Below are positions 1-13,300 of a stretch of DNA of 64,000 bases, in pieces. How positions within the stretch are numbered: the first letter of the stretch is position 1; each line of letters starts with the position of its first letter. Under the pieces are notes generated by a model, which worked only from the letters and a program-made list of their open reading frames with translations, was not told where the DNA came from and ran no database searches. Origin of the DNA: Mantamonas sphyraenae STR306 (lineage: Eukaryota; Protista; CRuMs); assembly GCA_026936335.1 (NCBI GenBank), contig JAPMXV010000006.1, positions 124,001-188,000 of the forward strand, read 5' to 3'. Both the position numbers and the translations under genes were made by a program.

Positions 1-540
1 GGCGGTCTGCAGACGGGTGTTACAGGCGACGAGGAGCAGCAGGAGCAGGCGGAGGAGGCATCCAGTGGCCCCGGCCTCTTTGGCGGCCTGCAGACCAACG
101 ATGCAAACGATGAGGAGCAGCAGGAACAGCCCGAGGAGACACCGTCTTCCCCAGGTGGCCCTGGCCTCTTTGGCGGCCTGCAGACGGGTGTTACAGGCGA
201 CGAGGAGCAGCAGGAGCAGCCCGAGGAGACACCGTCTTCCCCAGGTGGCCCTGGCCTCTTTGGCGGCCTGCAGACGGGTGTTACAGGCGACGAGGAGCAG
301 CAGGAGCAGCCCGAGGAGACACCGTCTTCCCCAGGTGGCCCTGGCCTCTTTGGTGGTCTGCAGACGGGTGATGCAGGCGACGAGGAGCAGCAGGAGCAGG
401 GGGAGCAGGCATCCAGTGGCCCTGGCCTCTTTGGCGGCCTGCAGACCAACGATGCAAACGATGAGGAGCAGCAAGAACAGGCGGAGGAGGCACCACCATC
501 GCCTGGTGGCCCTGGCCTTTTTGGCGGCCTGACAACCGAA
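1..540 (+). repeat. Coding tandem repeat, ~90-bp unit (one 81-bp variant), 6 full GLFGG motifs plus a partial unit
   Basis: GGC-CTY-TTT-GGY-GGY-CTG starts at 73, 163, 253, 343, 424 and 514 (spacing 90, 90, 90, 81, 90). All spacings are multiples of 3. Confidence 0.95.
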
Positions 541-543
541 TGA
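1..543 (+). CDS. 3' end of an unknown protein made of ~30-aa acidic GLFG-containing tandem repeats (5'-truncated by the window edge)
   Basis: Frame 1 is open from base 1 to TGA at 541-543 and reads GGLQTGVTGDEEQQEQAEEASSGPGLFGGLQTNDANDEEQQEQPEETPSSPGGPGLFGGLQT...GPGLFGGLTTE*. It is absent from the ORF track because there is no start codon in the window. Confidence 0.75.
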   Translation, partial: GGLQTGVTGDEEQQEQAEEASSGPGLFGGLQTNDANDEEQQEQPEETPSSPGGPGLFGGLQTGVTGDEEQQEQPEETPSSPGGPGLFGGLQTGVTGDEEQQEQPEETPSSPGGPGLFGGLQTGDAGDEEQQEQGEQASSGPGLFGGLQTNDANDEEQQEQAEEAPPSPGGPGLFGGLTTE

Positions 544-596
544 AATCCAATCTCGATTAATTGATTTGTTCCTCTCATTCCCTCCCTTCCCCTCAT

Positions 597-2942
597 TCAC
601 CCATGCACAGGAATCGCCATCTCCTCCTTCACTTCAGCCTGTTCGTGCTGCAACGCAAACGCAAAGAACGCGTCCACCTGCGCCTCTACAGCCTCCTTCA
701 CCCATGATCTCTCCGCGCCGCTGCTCCCATGCAGCAGCTCTGCCGCTTCGCTACTGCGGAACATCGATTCCAGATCCTCTTCCTCCTCGTCCTCGCTCGG
801 GATCGACTCGACATCGCTCACGTCATCGTCTTCTTCCGCTTCCTGCTGTTCCACCTCCTCGTCGTCCTCACCCACTTCCACCTCCACCACTTCCTCTTGG
901 TCATCCTCAAGAGTCTGAGAGACCTGGCCGTTCTCTCTGGCGCGCAGCACGTTCTCTGCTGCCAACCCCTCGTCCAACACCTGCTCAATTGGCTTCCCGT
1001 GCTCCCGAGCCAGAAGCACTTCATACCGGTGCACCACGTCGTTCACAGAGTCGAAGCGCACCTGTTGCCTTCGCGCCTTTGCTTTCGCCTTGCGCTTCAG
1101 CCGCATCGCAGGGATGAGCAGCGCTTTCATCGTCGACTTCTCCTTCGCCGTCATCCTGCTCTCGTCCACCTCGTAATCCTCATCGTCCGACTGCTCGTCC
1201 ATGTCACCACGCAGTGTGTGGTCCTCCACGTCGTCGTCCTCATCTTCTTCGTCCGACGAGTACCGAAGCAGCCGCTTCTTGTTCCTCCTACGAGTTTGGA
1301 ACTCTGCCTCCAGCAGCACATCCACCGCGGCGCGCACCTCTTCTTCCTTCTCCTGCAACAAATCCACCAGCCACAAGTGATCTCTCGTCAGCTGGTACAT
1401 GCGCGTAGACGCCTTGTCCTCCAGTCCGGTGTCCTTGCGTGGCAACGAGCTGACCCTGAGCACAAATTCGTCCATGTGTGCCTGCAACTCGTCCAGCAGC
1501 CCATTCATCGGCCGCAAATACCCAAACTTGTCCCCGTCGCCGAATCGGCGCCCTGTGGCCAGCGCCTGCACACTCTTCATCACCAGGAACAGCGCCCGCT
1601 TCTGCCCCTCATCCGGCTCTTCGTCCACCAGGCCGTGCTCCAACGGCGCATTCAGGGCTGGCACCAGCACACGCACAAACAAAAAGCCCGTCACCGCCGT
1701 GTGGCCCCTTCCTCGGTGGTACTTGTCTGTGTAACGCGCAAGAAAGTAGCATGCCCAGCGCAGACTCAAGGGCACGAGCGCCACGCTTTCAAAGATCAGC
1801 GTCAGCGTGCGCTCTGTAAACGCCATCAAATTGGCCATGTTTGCCTGTGCACTTTGTGCATCCTGCAGCCGCGAGGCTTGCACTTCCACCAGATGCGGCG
1901 ACACAAGCAGGTTCTGTACCACCGAGGCCAGCGTGGCTCGCAGGTATGAGCGGCCCACACGCTTCGCATGTGTCACCAGCACATGTGTGGCCAGGCTGTT
2001 CACCTGAAAGAGCTCTTTGGGCACCGCCACGCGTTGGATCTCTGCTTGCACCACTCGTTTCAGCAGCTCGGGCGTCATCCCTTGCGCCGCAAACAGCCTC
2101 ACCAAAGCCTCCACCACCTGCTGCTTCTGCTCCTTTTCCACACGCACCAACGCACTTGCAACCACCAAATCATCCCGCAGCATCATCGCCATCATTCTCC
2201 GGTTGGCCCGCAACACAGGGTCTTGGCGCAGCTGCTCTCCACCACCCCCACGCACGCTGCTTGTGTCAGCCACTCACAATGCCCTCCCGCACATTCGCAC
2301 GTACTCCTTCACCCCGCACGATGGTACGCCCCTTGTCAACTCACCACAGGTGCAGGTGGACACCAAAGGAGCACAAGCATGATTCTGCCACTCTGCTCCA
2401 CGTCCTCCTCATCCTCATCGCCTCCAGAGAAGCGGCTCCCTGATTTGTGTCGTCCTGCTGTGCGTCCCTTGCTCGATGCTCCCGAGTCGTGCTGCATCTG
2501 CAGACTGTACCACAGGGGCGTTGCATCGTACGGCACGAGTGTGCCCAATTCCACGTCCACACGCCTCACCACACTGTCCTGGCTGCGCTTCCCGTCTCGC
2601 ACAGCAACCTCCAGGGTCGTTCCGGCGTCTTCCACCGTGCTGCACACACCCACACCGAGCAGTTTTCACGCGCACAAACACACGAATCGTGTCAGTCTGT
2701 GCCCCATTCTATTCCTCAAGAGAGCATCGCAGCTGCCTCATGCCGCCGGTACTCCTTGCAGACACGTACAATTCAAACGTCTGATTCCACGTCGGCCTCC
2801 TCGACTTGGCCGGCTGCCGGCTCTCCACCTGCTGTCCGTCCACGCGCAGGGTAAACGTGGGTGTCACCTGCTCCAGCAGGTAGTCTCCTGCCATTGGCGG
2901 CAGCTGAGCCTTGACCACATCGACCACCAATTTGCCGCTCAT
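597..2942 (-). CDS. C2 domain + RasGAP-fold protein with acidic C-terminal tail; probably catalytically inactive; 3 exons
   Basis: Exon 1 from ATG 2942 (MSGKLVVDVVKAQL...PTWNQTFE) is C2-like. Intron 2769-2640 (GTACGT..CAG). Exon 2 completes the C2 domain, then a second intron (GTGAGT..CAG) joins ORF 597-2273. RasGAP motifs are ELFQVNSLAT, GRSYLRATL, FLFVRVLVPALNAP, KRALFLVMKSVQALA and LRPMN. Confidence 0.85.
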
Positions 2943-3104
2943 CTCGTCGGTTGGCGGAGGCCGCGCCTCGCACATGCAGAACGACATGCACATGCACACA
3001 CACACATGACCCTCTCTCTCTCTCTCTCTCTCCCTCCCTCTCGGTTCCTCTCCACAGTCTGCATGGTCCACGTTCGCACCGCAACCCAACCAAAAGAACC
3101 GACC

Positions 3105-6100
3105 ATGTCGCAGCTGCTCCTCGAGTGGCTCAACAATGAGGTGGAGCTCTCCAAAGAGGTCACCAGCTTCGAAAAGGACTTTAGCAACGGCTACCTTTTT
3201 GGTGAGCTGTTCAGCAAGTTCAACCTCCAGTCCGACTTTCACCTCTTCAAGGACGGACAGGCCCCCGAGTCCAAGCTGTACAACTTCACTCGCCTCGAAC
3301 CGGTATTCCGCCAGATTGACATCAAGCTGACGGGCACCCAGGCCAACCAGATCATCTGCGAGAAGAAGGGGGTTGCTGCACGCATCCTCCTGCAGGTCCG
3401 CGCCGTCCTCGATGCCATCCAGAACGGTACGTCGGCGAAAATCTCGGCCAGAGAGACGTTAGCCAACGCCCCCGGCCGCTCACTCACGCCTCCGCCGCCC
3501 GCCCGCCCCACAGGCAAATCCTCCACCCTCGCCCTCAACACCATCCGTGGCAAGAGTGCTGCTCCAGTCACCACCATCTCTGCTCGACCCCTCAAGGCCC
3601 GTGTCAACGAGCTGGAGCACGAGTTTTTTGAGAACCAACTTCGCCATCTCTCACCACGCAACTCTGAGTACTTTCAGGACGTCCTTTCGCGCAAGCGTCA
3701 GGAAGAGTACATCAAACGGGAGAAACAGGTGCGTACCACAGGCTACACCTTCCCATATCTGTTTCCCTGCTCGTTCGCTGGCCAGGTGGCTGCAATCGCA
3801 GCCTCGCAACTTTTGTCAGGTGGTGTGCTTCAGCACCACCTTTCGCAGTCACCTGGCTGCTTCTTGCAATGCACACACGGTCCAGTACATCGTACATAAT
3901 GCACACGCCTCACACACACACACACACACAATCACACACAATCACACACACAGATTGTCAGCGAAGAGGTGCGCGAGCGCGAAGAGATGGAATCGAACCG
4001 AACGTGGCGTCGAGACGAGATCCTGGCCAAGCGCAGGGAGAACAGGCGCTTCATGCAGGAATGGGAACAGAACAACATCGAAACACACGAAAAGGTCATG
4101 CGAGAACGCAAGGAGAAGCAACTCGAGCAGCTCCGCATCGAAAAGAAGGTGGATCACAAGCGGCGTGTGCAACGCGAACGCAAGAAGCTCGCCCTGCGTG
4201 ACGAAGCCCAGGACGGCATCGAAGACTTTGAACGCAACCTCAAACGCATTGTGTCGGATACTCGCCTCGACGATGACGCAGACGATCTCACAGGACCGTC
4301 TGCAGACACCAGCGGCAGTGGAGGGAAGAAGGGCAAAAAGGCAGCAAAGAAGGGTGGCAACAGGCAGAAGCAGCTTGTGGAAGACGCTTCAGGCACCTCT
4401 CCCGACCCAATGCTTTCCTCTGCGCGAGCTGGCTTTGACACAGAGGCATACATGCAGCGCATCCGCGAAAAGACGGTGGGAGACGTCGTCGCTCGCCAGG
4501 AACGCGAGAAGCGCCAGCGCAAGGTGATGGTCGAGCAACAAAAGGCCCAGCAGGAGATGGAGCTGCAACGCCAGCAACAGAGCATCCTGAACAAGCTGCT
4601 TACACAGTCCAAGATCGAGCGCGAGCTGGCCAGCCAGATCCTTGCCGTCAAGGAAGAGAAGGAGGCAATGCGCGTCAACAGGCTCTTCCGTGAACAGCAG
4701 TACCGCGAAAAGCGAGCGGAGGAGGAGAAGGAACGCATCCGCCGCAACGCAGAGCTGGCAGAGATCACACGCCGCGAATACGAAGAACGCGCCGCCGCCG
4801 AACAGCTGCGCATGCGACAGCTGCGCATTCTGAAGGAAGACGAACAACGGCGAATGCGCCATCAGTTTTGCCAACGGTTGGTGCACCGCATCGTGGATAT
4901 CAGTCTGCAGGCAAGCGACGTCCGCGCCAAGAACCACGGCGTTGTTCCTCAGCAAACCATGCGTGACTGGATCAATCTCTTTGTTGCAGGGGATCCCGTC
5001 GATGCCGATGCTGCCCACGAACAAGGCGACATGCAATCCTGGGAGATGCAGTCCACAACCACCGTCGACTCGCAAGAACTCGTCGAGCTCCACTCCCAGG
5101 TTCTCTCTGGTGGCGCCGAGATGGCTCCCATCGCAGCACCCAGTGCCCCTGCAGGTGGCACTGACGACGTCGCCGCCACCTTTGATCACAGCGAGGAGGA
5201 CGACGAGGACGCGCCCATGACGGAGCAGCAAATCCTCGACGCCGCAGACGTCCAGGACTACCTCGAGTGCACCGGCCAGTGGGCTGCCTTTGTGCAAGCT
5301 TGGCAGAGCACAGTCAACATGGAGACGGCAGGCGCAAGCGAGACGGACCACATGGTCAGCGAAACCTCAGAGGACGCAGGCGCAGCCGAAAACGAGGAGC
5401 TGGATATCGACGATGCGACCGGCGTGCACGTGCACGTGCAGCCCACAACTGACGAGGATGGCCACCTTCTGCCCACGTACATGCAGGGCAATCCGCTGCT
5501 CGTCGAACTCATCGGCGACCTCGTCGACATCACCACGCCCCCGCCCCCCACTCCCGAGGGTCCCAAGCTGCCGCCTTTCCCCGTGCGTGCGTGCATCCTT
5601 GGTATGCCGAGCTCGGGCAAGAGCACACAGGCGCGTGCACTCGCACGCCACTACGGCGCAGTCATTCTGACGCCGCAGAGCGTCGTAGCCGACGCCGTCG
5701 ACTCGCTGCAGCTGGAGCTGCCCCAGGAGCCCACCATGCCCTTGGAGGCGTCGAACGTGCCCAAAGAGCCCGTGTTTGCCCCTCCTGCAGCAGCCGACGA
5801 GGACGTCGACGAAGACCAACTCGAGGCAGCACGCACACAACTCATGCAAGCGTACCACGAAGCCCAGGAGAAGCATTTGGCCGCCAAGCAGGCCTACGAG
5901 GCCCAGATGCAAGTGTACGCTGTGGAAATGGAGTATGTGAACACCAAACGCACGCTGGGCACAAAGCTGCAAAAAGCCCTGCTCGACGGCAAGCAGGCCG
6001 ACGACGCCATCATTGTGCAGCTCATCGTCAACGAGATCAAACACATTGAAACACTGCCGGATGAGGTGGGTGGATGGGTCCTCGAGGGCTACCCGCAGAC

Positions 6101-6215
6101 ACTGGCGCAGGCACAGCTGCTCGAGAAGCATCTCAGTGGCTACGTTGCTCCCAAGGAGCGCAAGAGCCCGCGCAAGAACAAGAAGCGCGCCGAGCTGATC
6201 GCAAGCAAGAAGAAC

Positions 6216-6247
<32 letters not shown>

Positions 6248-9200
6248 TGGCGGCTTGGCAGGTGCTGGCGAAGGTGCACAGGCCAGCGACGACAAGGACA
6301 ACTTTATCCCGTCGGGCATCGACGTGGTGTTTCGTCTCAACGTGGACGAGGAGCTGGCCACACGACGCATTGTTGGACGCAAGGTGGACCCTGAGACGGG
6401 CGAGATGTACCACGTGGAATTCCGTCCTGCACCCGAGGACGACGACGTGCAGGCACGTTTGCAGGACGTGCAGGACGACGACGCAACCACCCTGCAGGTT
6501 CGTCTCACCGCCTACGAGAAGGAAAGCGCACGTTTGAGCGACTGGTTTGCCCGTTTCGGCACGCTGGAAGACGTGGACGCACACGACGACGCAGAGGCGG
6601 TGGGCCAGACTGTGGTCGCGCGCGTGCAACAGCTCATCGATTACAAAGTGGCCCAGAAGGAAGAAGAAGAGGCCGCGGCACAGGCGGCACGCGAGGAGGA
6701 GGAACGCCAGCGGCGCATGGAAGAGAAACGCTTTGAACTGAAGCGCGCCGAACTGGAGCGACAGGCGGCAGAGCGAGCAGAAGCAGAGGCGGCAGAGGCG
6801 GCAGAAGCAGCAAAACGTAGCAGCAAGCGAGGACGGCGCAGCAGAGGACGTGATCGCACAGACAGGGAGGGTGCGTCGACGTCAGCGAGCATGCTGTCCA
6901 CCAAGGACGGCATGGGCGGCAACGGCGAGGTACGACCCACCACAGCAGAGACGGCGCTGTCCAACATCACCATCACGGACGAACAAGTGGCGGCGGCGCT
7001 GGCGGAGGAGGACGCGGCTCGGGCAGCAGAAAACGCACAGGAGACGGAGGAGAAGCGCGTGGACGAAGAGGTGGCACACATGCTGCGCAGCCAGTGGGAG
7101 CACCTGGAGAACATGTACATCAAGGGAAGCACACAGGCGTTCCAACACCTGCGCACACAGAGACACCAAGTGGTGGAGCAGCTGGCAGCCCAGCAGAGCG
7201 ACTACGTGGCCTTCCTGAAGCGCCCAGACAGCAAGAGCACACTGGTGGAGACGTTCCAGCAGGCGTACAACGAAGACATCAAAGAAGACATGCGCAAGCT
7301 GCCTGAGGTCAAGCAGGAGCTTCATCAACGGGCTGAAGAGCTTCAGGAGCGTCTGTGGGAGATTGTGGACGACAAGAAGGACCAAGACGAGGAGGAGCGG
7401 CAAGCCATCATCACCAGTGGCTGGATGCAAGACCAGCTGGTGGCCGCCACAGACCTCTACCTGGTGCTCATGCAGGTGGAGCTGGACAAATACGCAGGCG
7501 CCATCTCACTCATCGACAACTACCACAACGCTCTGGAAGGCAAGCCCCTCAAGGAACGCGTGGGTGTTGCCGTCGACGTGCTCACCGCCCCGCCTGCCAC
7601 AGCTGGCGATGATGGCGATTCGCCCACCAAAGAGTCGCGCGGATCAAAGACGGCTCGGCGGCGCGGACGCTCGGGTTCGGTCAGCAGCGATTCGCTGAAG
7701 CGCAGCAGCAAACAGACCAAGGGACACTCGCGAGGAGGCACAGGAGGCAACGCTTCGCCACGCGGAGGGACCAGTGACCTCGACGTCGTGGACGTGGACA
7801 GCCTGGCCGAGGTGCTTGCCGACGCACACGCACGCGTACAAGCGGCAGCAACGGAAATCCAGAGCGAGAGCGAGAGTGGCAGCAGCAGCAACAACAGCAA
7901 CAGCAGCAACAGCCTGTCGGCCACTTCGTCCACCAGCAGCGAACGTGCACGATCGCGTGCAGGAAGGCATCATCGCGAGCAGGAGGAGCAGGCAGACAAC
8001 GCAGCCGAGGGTGCACAGAACGAAGAGCCGCCCAGCAAGAGGGAACTGGCCAAAGCCAACGAGAAGCGACTGCTGGACGCGAGGCTGGACATGGTACGTG
8101 CACGTGCACACGCAGCGCTGGTGGAAATCGCAGCCACGAGCGAGCGTGTCTATGGCCTGCTTGAGGACTGGCAGGGCAAGTGGTACACCTCGCAGATGGA
8201 AAGCATCGCCGGTTTGGTGTGGCACATCAAGGAACACATTGAGGCGGCTCAGAAGCTGCAGTATGCGCTGGTGTTGGACGACGAGTTATTTGTCGTCGAT
8301 GAGGAGATGCTCATGGTCATGCCTGAGGAGATGCCCGAGCCTCCTGCACCCACCGAGCAGGAACTGGTCAACCGCATGACCATTGAGCAGCTCAGCAGCC
8401 TGCTGGCCAAGCTCAAGGCTGTGGCGCCGTCGGGCCTCATCATGGGTCGCGACCTCGAAGCCGTGCTGGACCAAAGCATCGCCTACACAAACCAGTTTGG
8501 TAGCAAAGCGGTGCCCGAGCATTTGCGACGCTGGTACGGCCAGTTGGGGCCCTTTGTGGAGGACTTTGACCACCTGGGCGTCGGCTGGGTCAATTGGAAG
8601 GAGGTTCTCCTGCTGCTCACCCTGATGCCAGGCATGACCGCGGAGCAGGATGAGCTCAACCACAACGACAGCCAGACGCTGCACCAATCCTTGGACCTGC
8701 CCGATCTGCCCAGCATCATGCGCATGAAGCAGGAGTGGGAGCTGCTGGACAGCGACGCCGACGGCCTCTTGCGCCGCAGCGAGTACCTCGACTCCAAACA
8801 CGTCTGGTTCTACATGCGCAGCAGCAACAATGGCAGCGCAGTTGGCAGCAGCTTGGATGCCTCGCAACCCATGGACAGTGACACCCTCGACAGGGAGGAG
8901 GGCGCCGCCTTTGATCGCCCTCGGGCACAGTTTGAATTTCTCTTTGACATCTTTGCCGAACGGGAGAAGGGCATCGACGAAGATGTGCTGGACATTGCAG
9001 ATGTTCTCCTCTTTCTCTGTGTGCAGCCAGGTACGCCCGAGGACGGATTGTGCAACGCGTTCCATGTCGCCAGCAAGTCGGCCAACAAGGGCCTCTGTTT
9101 GGACGAGATGTTTGCTGTGCTCCACCATGGTGTCCTCGATCGCTCCATGGGACACCCAAGCGTGCATGAGATTCGCCAAGCAGACCCGTTCACTGAGGGT

Positions 9201-9401
9201 ACGCTGCTGGCGCTCTTCAACGAGCTCAACCGCTCCGTCTCCTTCCCGGTGTCCTTTGACGAGGCCATGCTCAGTGCCACCGGCAGCGAACTCCTTGGTC
9301 TGTGTCGCCAGTACGCCGTACCCGAGCATGTTGCGTTTGTCATGTCTCAGAAGGACCCCGAGCGCGTGCGTGCCGACTGGACCGCCAGCCACGGCGTGTA
9401 G
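3105..9401 (+). CDS. SPEF2: Sperm flagellar protein 2 / CPC1-like central-pair protein (CH domain, coiled coil, adenylate-kinase-like domain, EF-hand-like C-terminus); 2 exons
   Basis: ATG 3105 begins MSQLLLEWLNNEVELSKEVTSFEKDFSNGYLFGELF, the SPEF-type CH domain. Intron 3729-3953 (GTGCGT..CAG). AK-like motifs are GMPSSGKST, GWVLEGYPQTLAQA and GRKVDPETGEMYHVEFRP. LPEVKQELHQRAEELQERLWEI is typical of SPEF2. Confidence 0.92.
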
Positions 9402-9511
9402 TGTGTATGTCTCAAATGTCAACCCCCCAATACGTAGAACGTGAACGTGAATGCATTGTTTGTTTGGTTTTGTTCGGTTTTGTTTGGATTCGATTCGACC
9501 CTCCTCACAAT

Positions 9512-10307
9512 TCACATCTCGGGGAACGACAACTCGGGCAGACCAATCAGCACGGTTGCCTCCCTGTTGATCAATCGCCGCTGCGCATGCCTGAACGCCT
9601 CCTCGTCTTCAATCTCGTTGGCCATGAGATCCAGGTACTGCAGCGAAGGGATGCGCTCGCCCAGATCAAAGTCGATGCTAACAATGGAGTTGTTTGACAG
9701 CAACAGCTGCTGCAGATTGCGCATCTTGCTCATGCTCTCTGGAAGAGTTGAAATGCGGTTGGTGGACAGACACAGCACACGCAGGCCGCTCAGGTTGCCA
9801 ATGCGGCTGGGAAGGTCTTCGATGCGGTTGTTGTTCATGTAGAGCGAACGCAGGCGCTTCAGCGAGCACACCGCGCCAGGAATGGCTTTGAAGTTGTTCG
9901 AGCTTAGGTACAGGTCCTGCAGATGATCCAGCTTCTCTAGTTCCGAAGGCAGCTTGCTCAGGTTGTTGTGCGACAGGTGCAACTCTCGCAGCAAGCTCAG
10001 TTGTGCGATCGACTTGCTCACGAATCTGAGCCTGTTGAAGCACGCAGTGAGCTTGCGCATGTCGCTCACCTTGCACTTCAGCTCCGCCACATCCAGCATG
10101 TCCAACTGGTTTGAGTCCAAACGCAGCTCCACCACGCTCGACGACGCGTTCTTTGCCACAATGCCTTCCAGACTCTTCAGACCCATCCCATTGCACAGCA
10201 CCTGCTCCTCGTTCTTGGCCAGTTCCTCCGACCCTTCGTACACCTCCTGCTCGTCATCATCCACACCCTTCCCCTCCCCGCCGCTGCTGCTACTGCTACT
10301 ACTGCTG

Positions 10308-10350
<43 letters not shown>

Positions 10351-13300
10351 CATTCTTCGCGGAGCGGCCCGAGCGTTCTTCGTCGCTTTCGTCGCTGTCG
10401 TGAAACACAAATGCGTTCTTGGACGACGATCCGCTCTCTGAACGAGTCATTTGTTCCTTCAGGGCGCGCTTCTCCTGTTCGGCCAAGCGTGCTGCAGTGG
10501 CACTGCGTGCGCGAGAGCTCTGCGCCGCACCCGGTTGCATTGTGTCCATGGTTGCTTCCAGCTCACGTGTGAACTTTTTGTACTGTGCGCGATCAAAGTC
10601 GGTCAGTCCTTCTGCGTTCATCGCCACGCGCTTGCTCTTGACCATGGTGCGGTACACCTCCAGTCGCTCCGGTGTCGCAAGTCCGCTCGTCTGCTGTTTG
10701 GCTGCGTCGCGGATCACCTCGTTGATACGGTCAATCCACGTCTCCAGCTCGTCCGCTTCGCCTTGGAACACAAATGCACGGTCGTTGCGATCGTTAAGGA
10801 TGGTGAAGCACGTGTCCACGTCGCCGCCCTTGCCTCCCTTGATGCACATGGCGTCAGGACCAGCCACGTTCACCTCGCCCGTCGGAAAGTCTGCCTTGTC
10901 GTTGCGGTAGATCATGATCACGCCCGACGAGTGCAACTTGAGATATCGCTTCTTGAACTTGAATGGGAACTCATTCGACCGCTTTGACCACTTGCCTTCC
11001 AGAACCACCTCTGCCCCATCGGGCACAGGCCTGGACCACTGGAATGCGTTGCCGACTGCACTGTCCTCGCCGCTGCCGCCGCTGTAGCTGCTGCTGCTGC
11101 TCCTCCTGCTGCTATTGCCAGATGAAGACGAGGAGGACCCAGCTTCATCCGTGCTGCTGAGTCGTTCCATCGCGCTCGGCAGCAGCGACTGGTTGGTGCT
11201 CGAGCGCCTGTCCATTGTGTTCTGTGTGCTCTTGCGGATGTGTACGGACTTGTTCATCACCTCGTTGATGCTGTCCAGCCACCCGACACGGTCCTTTAGG
11301 CCATCCACCATGAACGTGTGCTCTTCACCGTTCTTGTCCGTCACCGTAAACATACGATGGGCATCCGACGTTCCATCATCCACAGCCACCACATCGACAT
11401 CCGGCGAGTCCAGGCGGATGGTTTCGGCCGGCGCCTCTGTGCTCATGGAGCGGATCTGCGCCGTCGAGAAAATGTACAGAGAGCCCTTGGAGGTGAGCAC
11501 GGCGTAGCGCTTCTTGAAGTTGACCTTGGCCGCGCCGCCTCCAAATGCGCTCATGCGTTTGGCCATGCTGTTCATGGTGGCCTTTTGCAGGAAGCTGGCG
11601 TGCACCTTTGCGCTGAGATCCACTGCCCCAGCCACCGACTGGTTGGCGGCGCTAAGGTACGAGTCACGGCCCTTGTGAAGGGTATTGAGCACATCATCGA
11701 TGGCATTGATCCACTCGTCCATCTCGTACACGTCCAGCGCCTTCAGATAATATGTGCGGTCGGTGTAATTCGCATACACGTCCAGGCCAAACTCGTTGCT
11801 GTCCGACACGCGCACCGATGAGTTGACTCCTTCCAGATTGATCTCTCCCAACGGATCCACCAGGTGCTTCTGGTCTTTGTAGTACACAAAGCGACCGTTG
11901 TCACACAGGACAAAGTACCGCTTCTTCCAGGACCGGGTCAGCTGGTTGTTCGACTGCAGCTGCAGATAGCCTGACTGCACAATATACTCCATCAAGATGC
12001 CCTTGGTTGACACCTTTTGCTGTGTGTGGTGGTGGTGTGCAAACGGTCGGGGTTAGTCCAGGTGTTTGTCGTCCTCTCCCGCACGCCAACCTCTTCCCAA
12101 CGCCGCCTTGTGCAGCTACGTACACAGTATGCAGCTGCCTGTTCCTGAAGGAGAGACACCCATGCGTCGAGTTCCTTCTCGGAAGCGGCAGCAAGGTACA
12201 CAGTGGTGTCGATGGACTCGATGACAAAGCAAAAGGCAGAATCGGCCTCCGTGGAGGGCACCTTGCGAACCACGCAGCCGTCCTTGAAATTGACTTCGTC
12301 CTGCGGCATCTGGTCCGACTTGTCGGCATAGGCGTGCAGGTAACCGCTGTCAAACAGCTTGTAGTAGCGCGTCTTTGCCGCTCGGCGAGACCAGCCCTTC
12401 TTGTACTGCTTCAGGAAACCCTCCTTCTTGACAGTCTGCACGGTGAAGGAGCGCTTGTTGCCACTTCGCCTGTTGCCCACCGTGTTCAATAGATTCTGTT
12501 TGGCCTGGGCGGAGTACTCGGACGACACGCCGACCTCCTTGGTGCACTGGGCAACAAAGGTACGCAGAACACCAGAATCACCCTCCTCCTCCAGACGACT
12601 GGTCAGCGGTTCCTCCAGCTTGGTCATGGTACGGTGGAGCACTTGGAGCGACCCGAGCACCTCTTCGATGCCGATGCCAAACGGGACGTCTTTCAGGTGC
12701 TCGTTGTAGTCCAAGACCTCGTTCACGAACGTCAGCAGCTCGTTGGTGTGGTCTTCAATGAGCGGATTCAGCACGCTCAAATGCTCCTCCTTGCCTTGGA
12801 ACACTGTGCCCGCCGCCACGTTCTGCAGCACCTTGGCACACAGCACCAGGATCTTGCGGCCCGATGCTGTTGGCCGGTCCCCAATCATATCCACGGACTC
12901 GGGAGCCACCAACACAGGGCACAGGAACGACTGAAAGAGGAAGGAGACCACCATTTTGTGGGGAGTGGTCACGTCCAGGCGTTCCAGCTGCGTGGTCATC
13001 AGCTTCATGAGGACACGCACTTGGCGTGGCAGCTGGCGCGGCGCAGAGAACCACAGGTGCAGGATGTTTGTCACATCGTCCTGCAGCATCTTCAGATTCG
13101 CTTCCTGTTCAATGTTGGTGGTCTTTCGCGGATCGACCTGCGCAAGGAGATGGAGGAAAGGAGCGGGTTAGCTTGGAAAAGGAGAGGGCCAGCGGCGAGG
13201 CAGTTTCCGGCGTTCATACGTGGGCACGGCATGCGCACGCACCTCAAACCGGGCCTCCAGAGAGCCAATGTGTGTGACGACGTCGCCAAACAAGTTCTGC

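Noticed and set aside
17-532. 171-aa Arg/Ser-rich ORF from the track
   Set aside because: It is an alternative frame of the repeat. Frame 1 gives a more protein-like sequence and ends at a stop with the AATGAA motif.
1-540. Regularly spaced repeats as a CRISPR array
   Set aside because: The units are tandem with near-identical 'spacers', all multiples of 3, and lie in an open coding frame. The context is eukaryotic and there are no cas genes.
1968-3899. 643-aa ORF as one protein
   Set aside because: The first ~380 codons are antisense to the C2-RasGAP gene and its spacer. The SPEF2 homology begins at ATG 3105 and the end runs into an intron.
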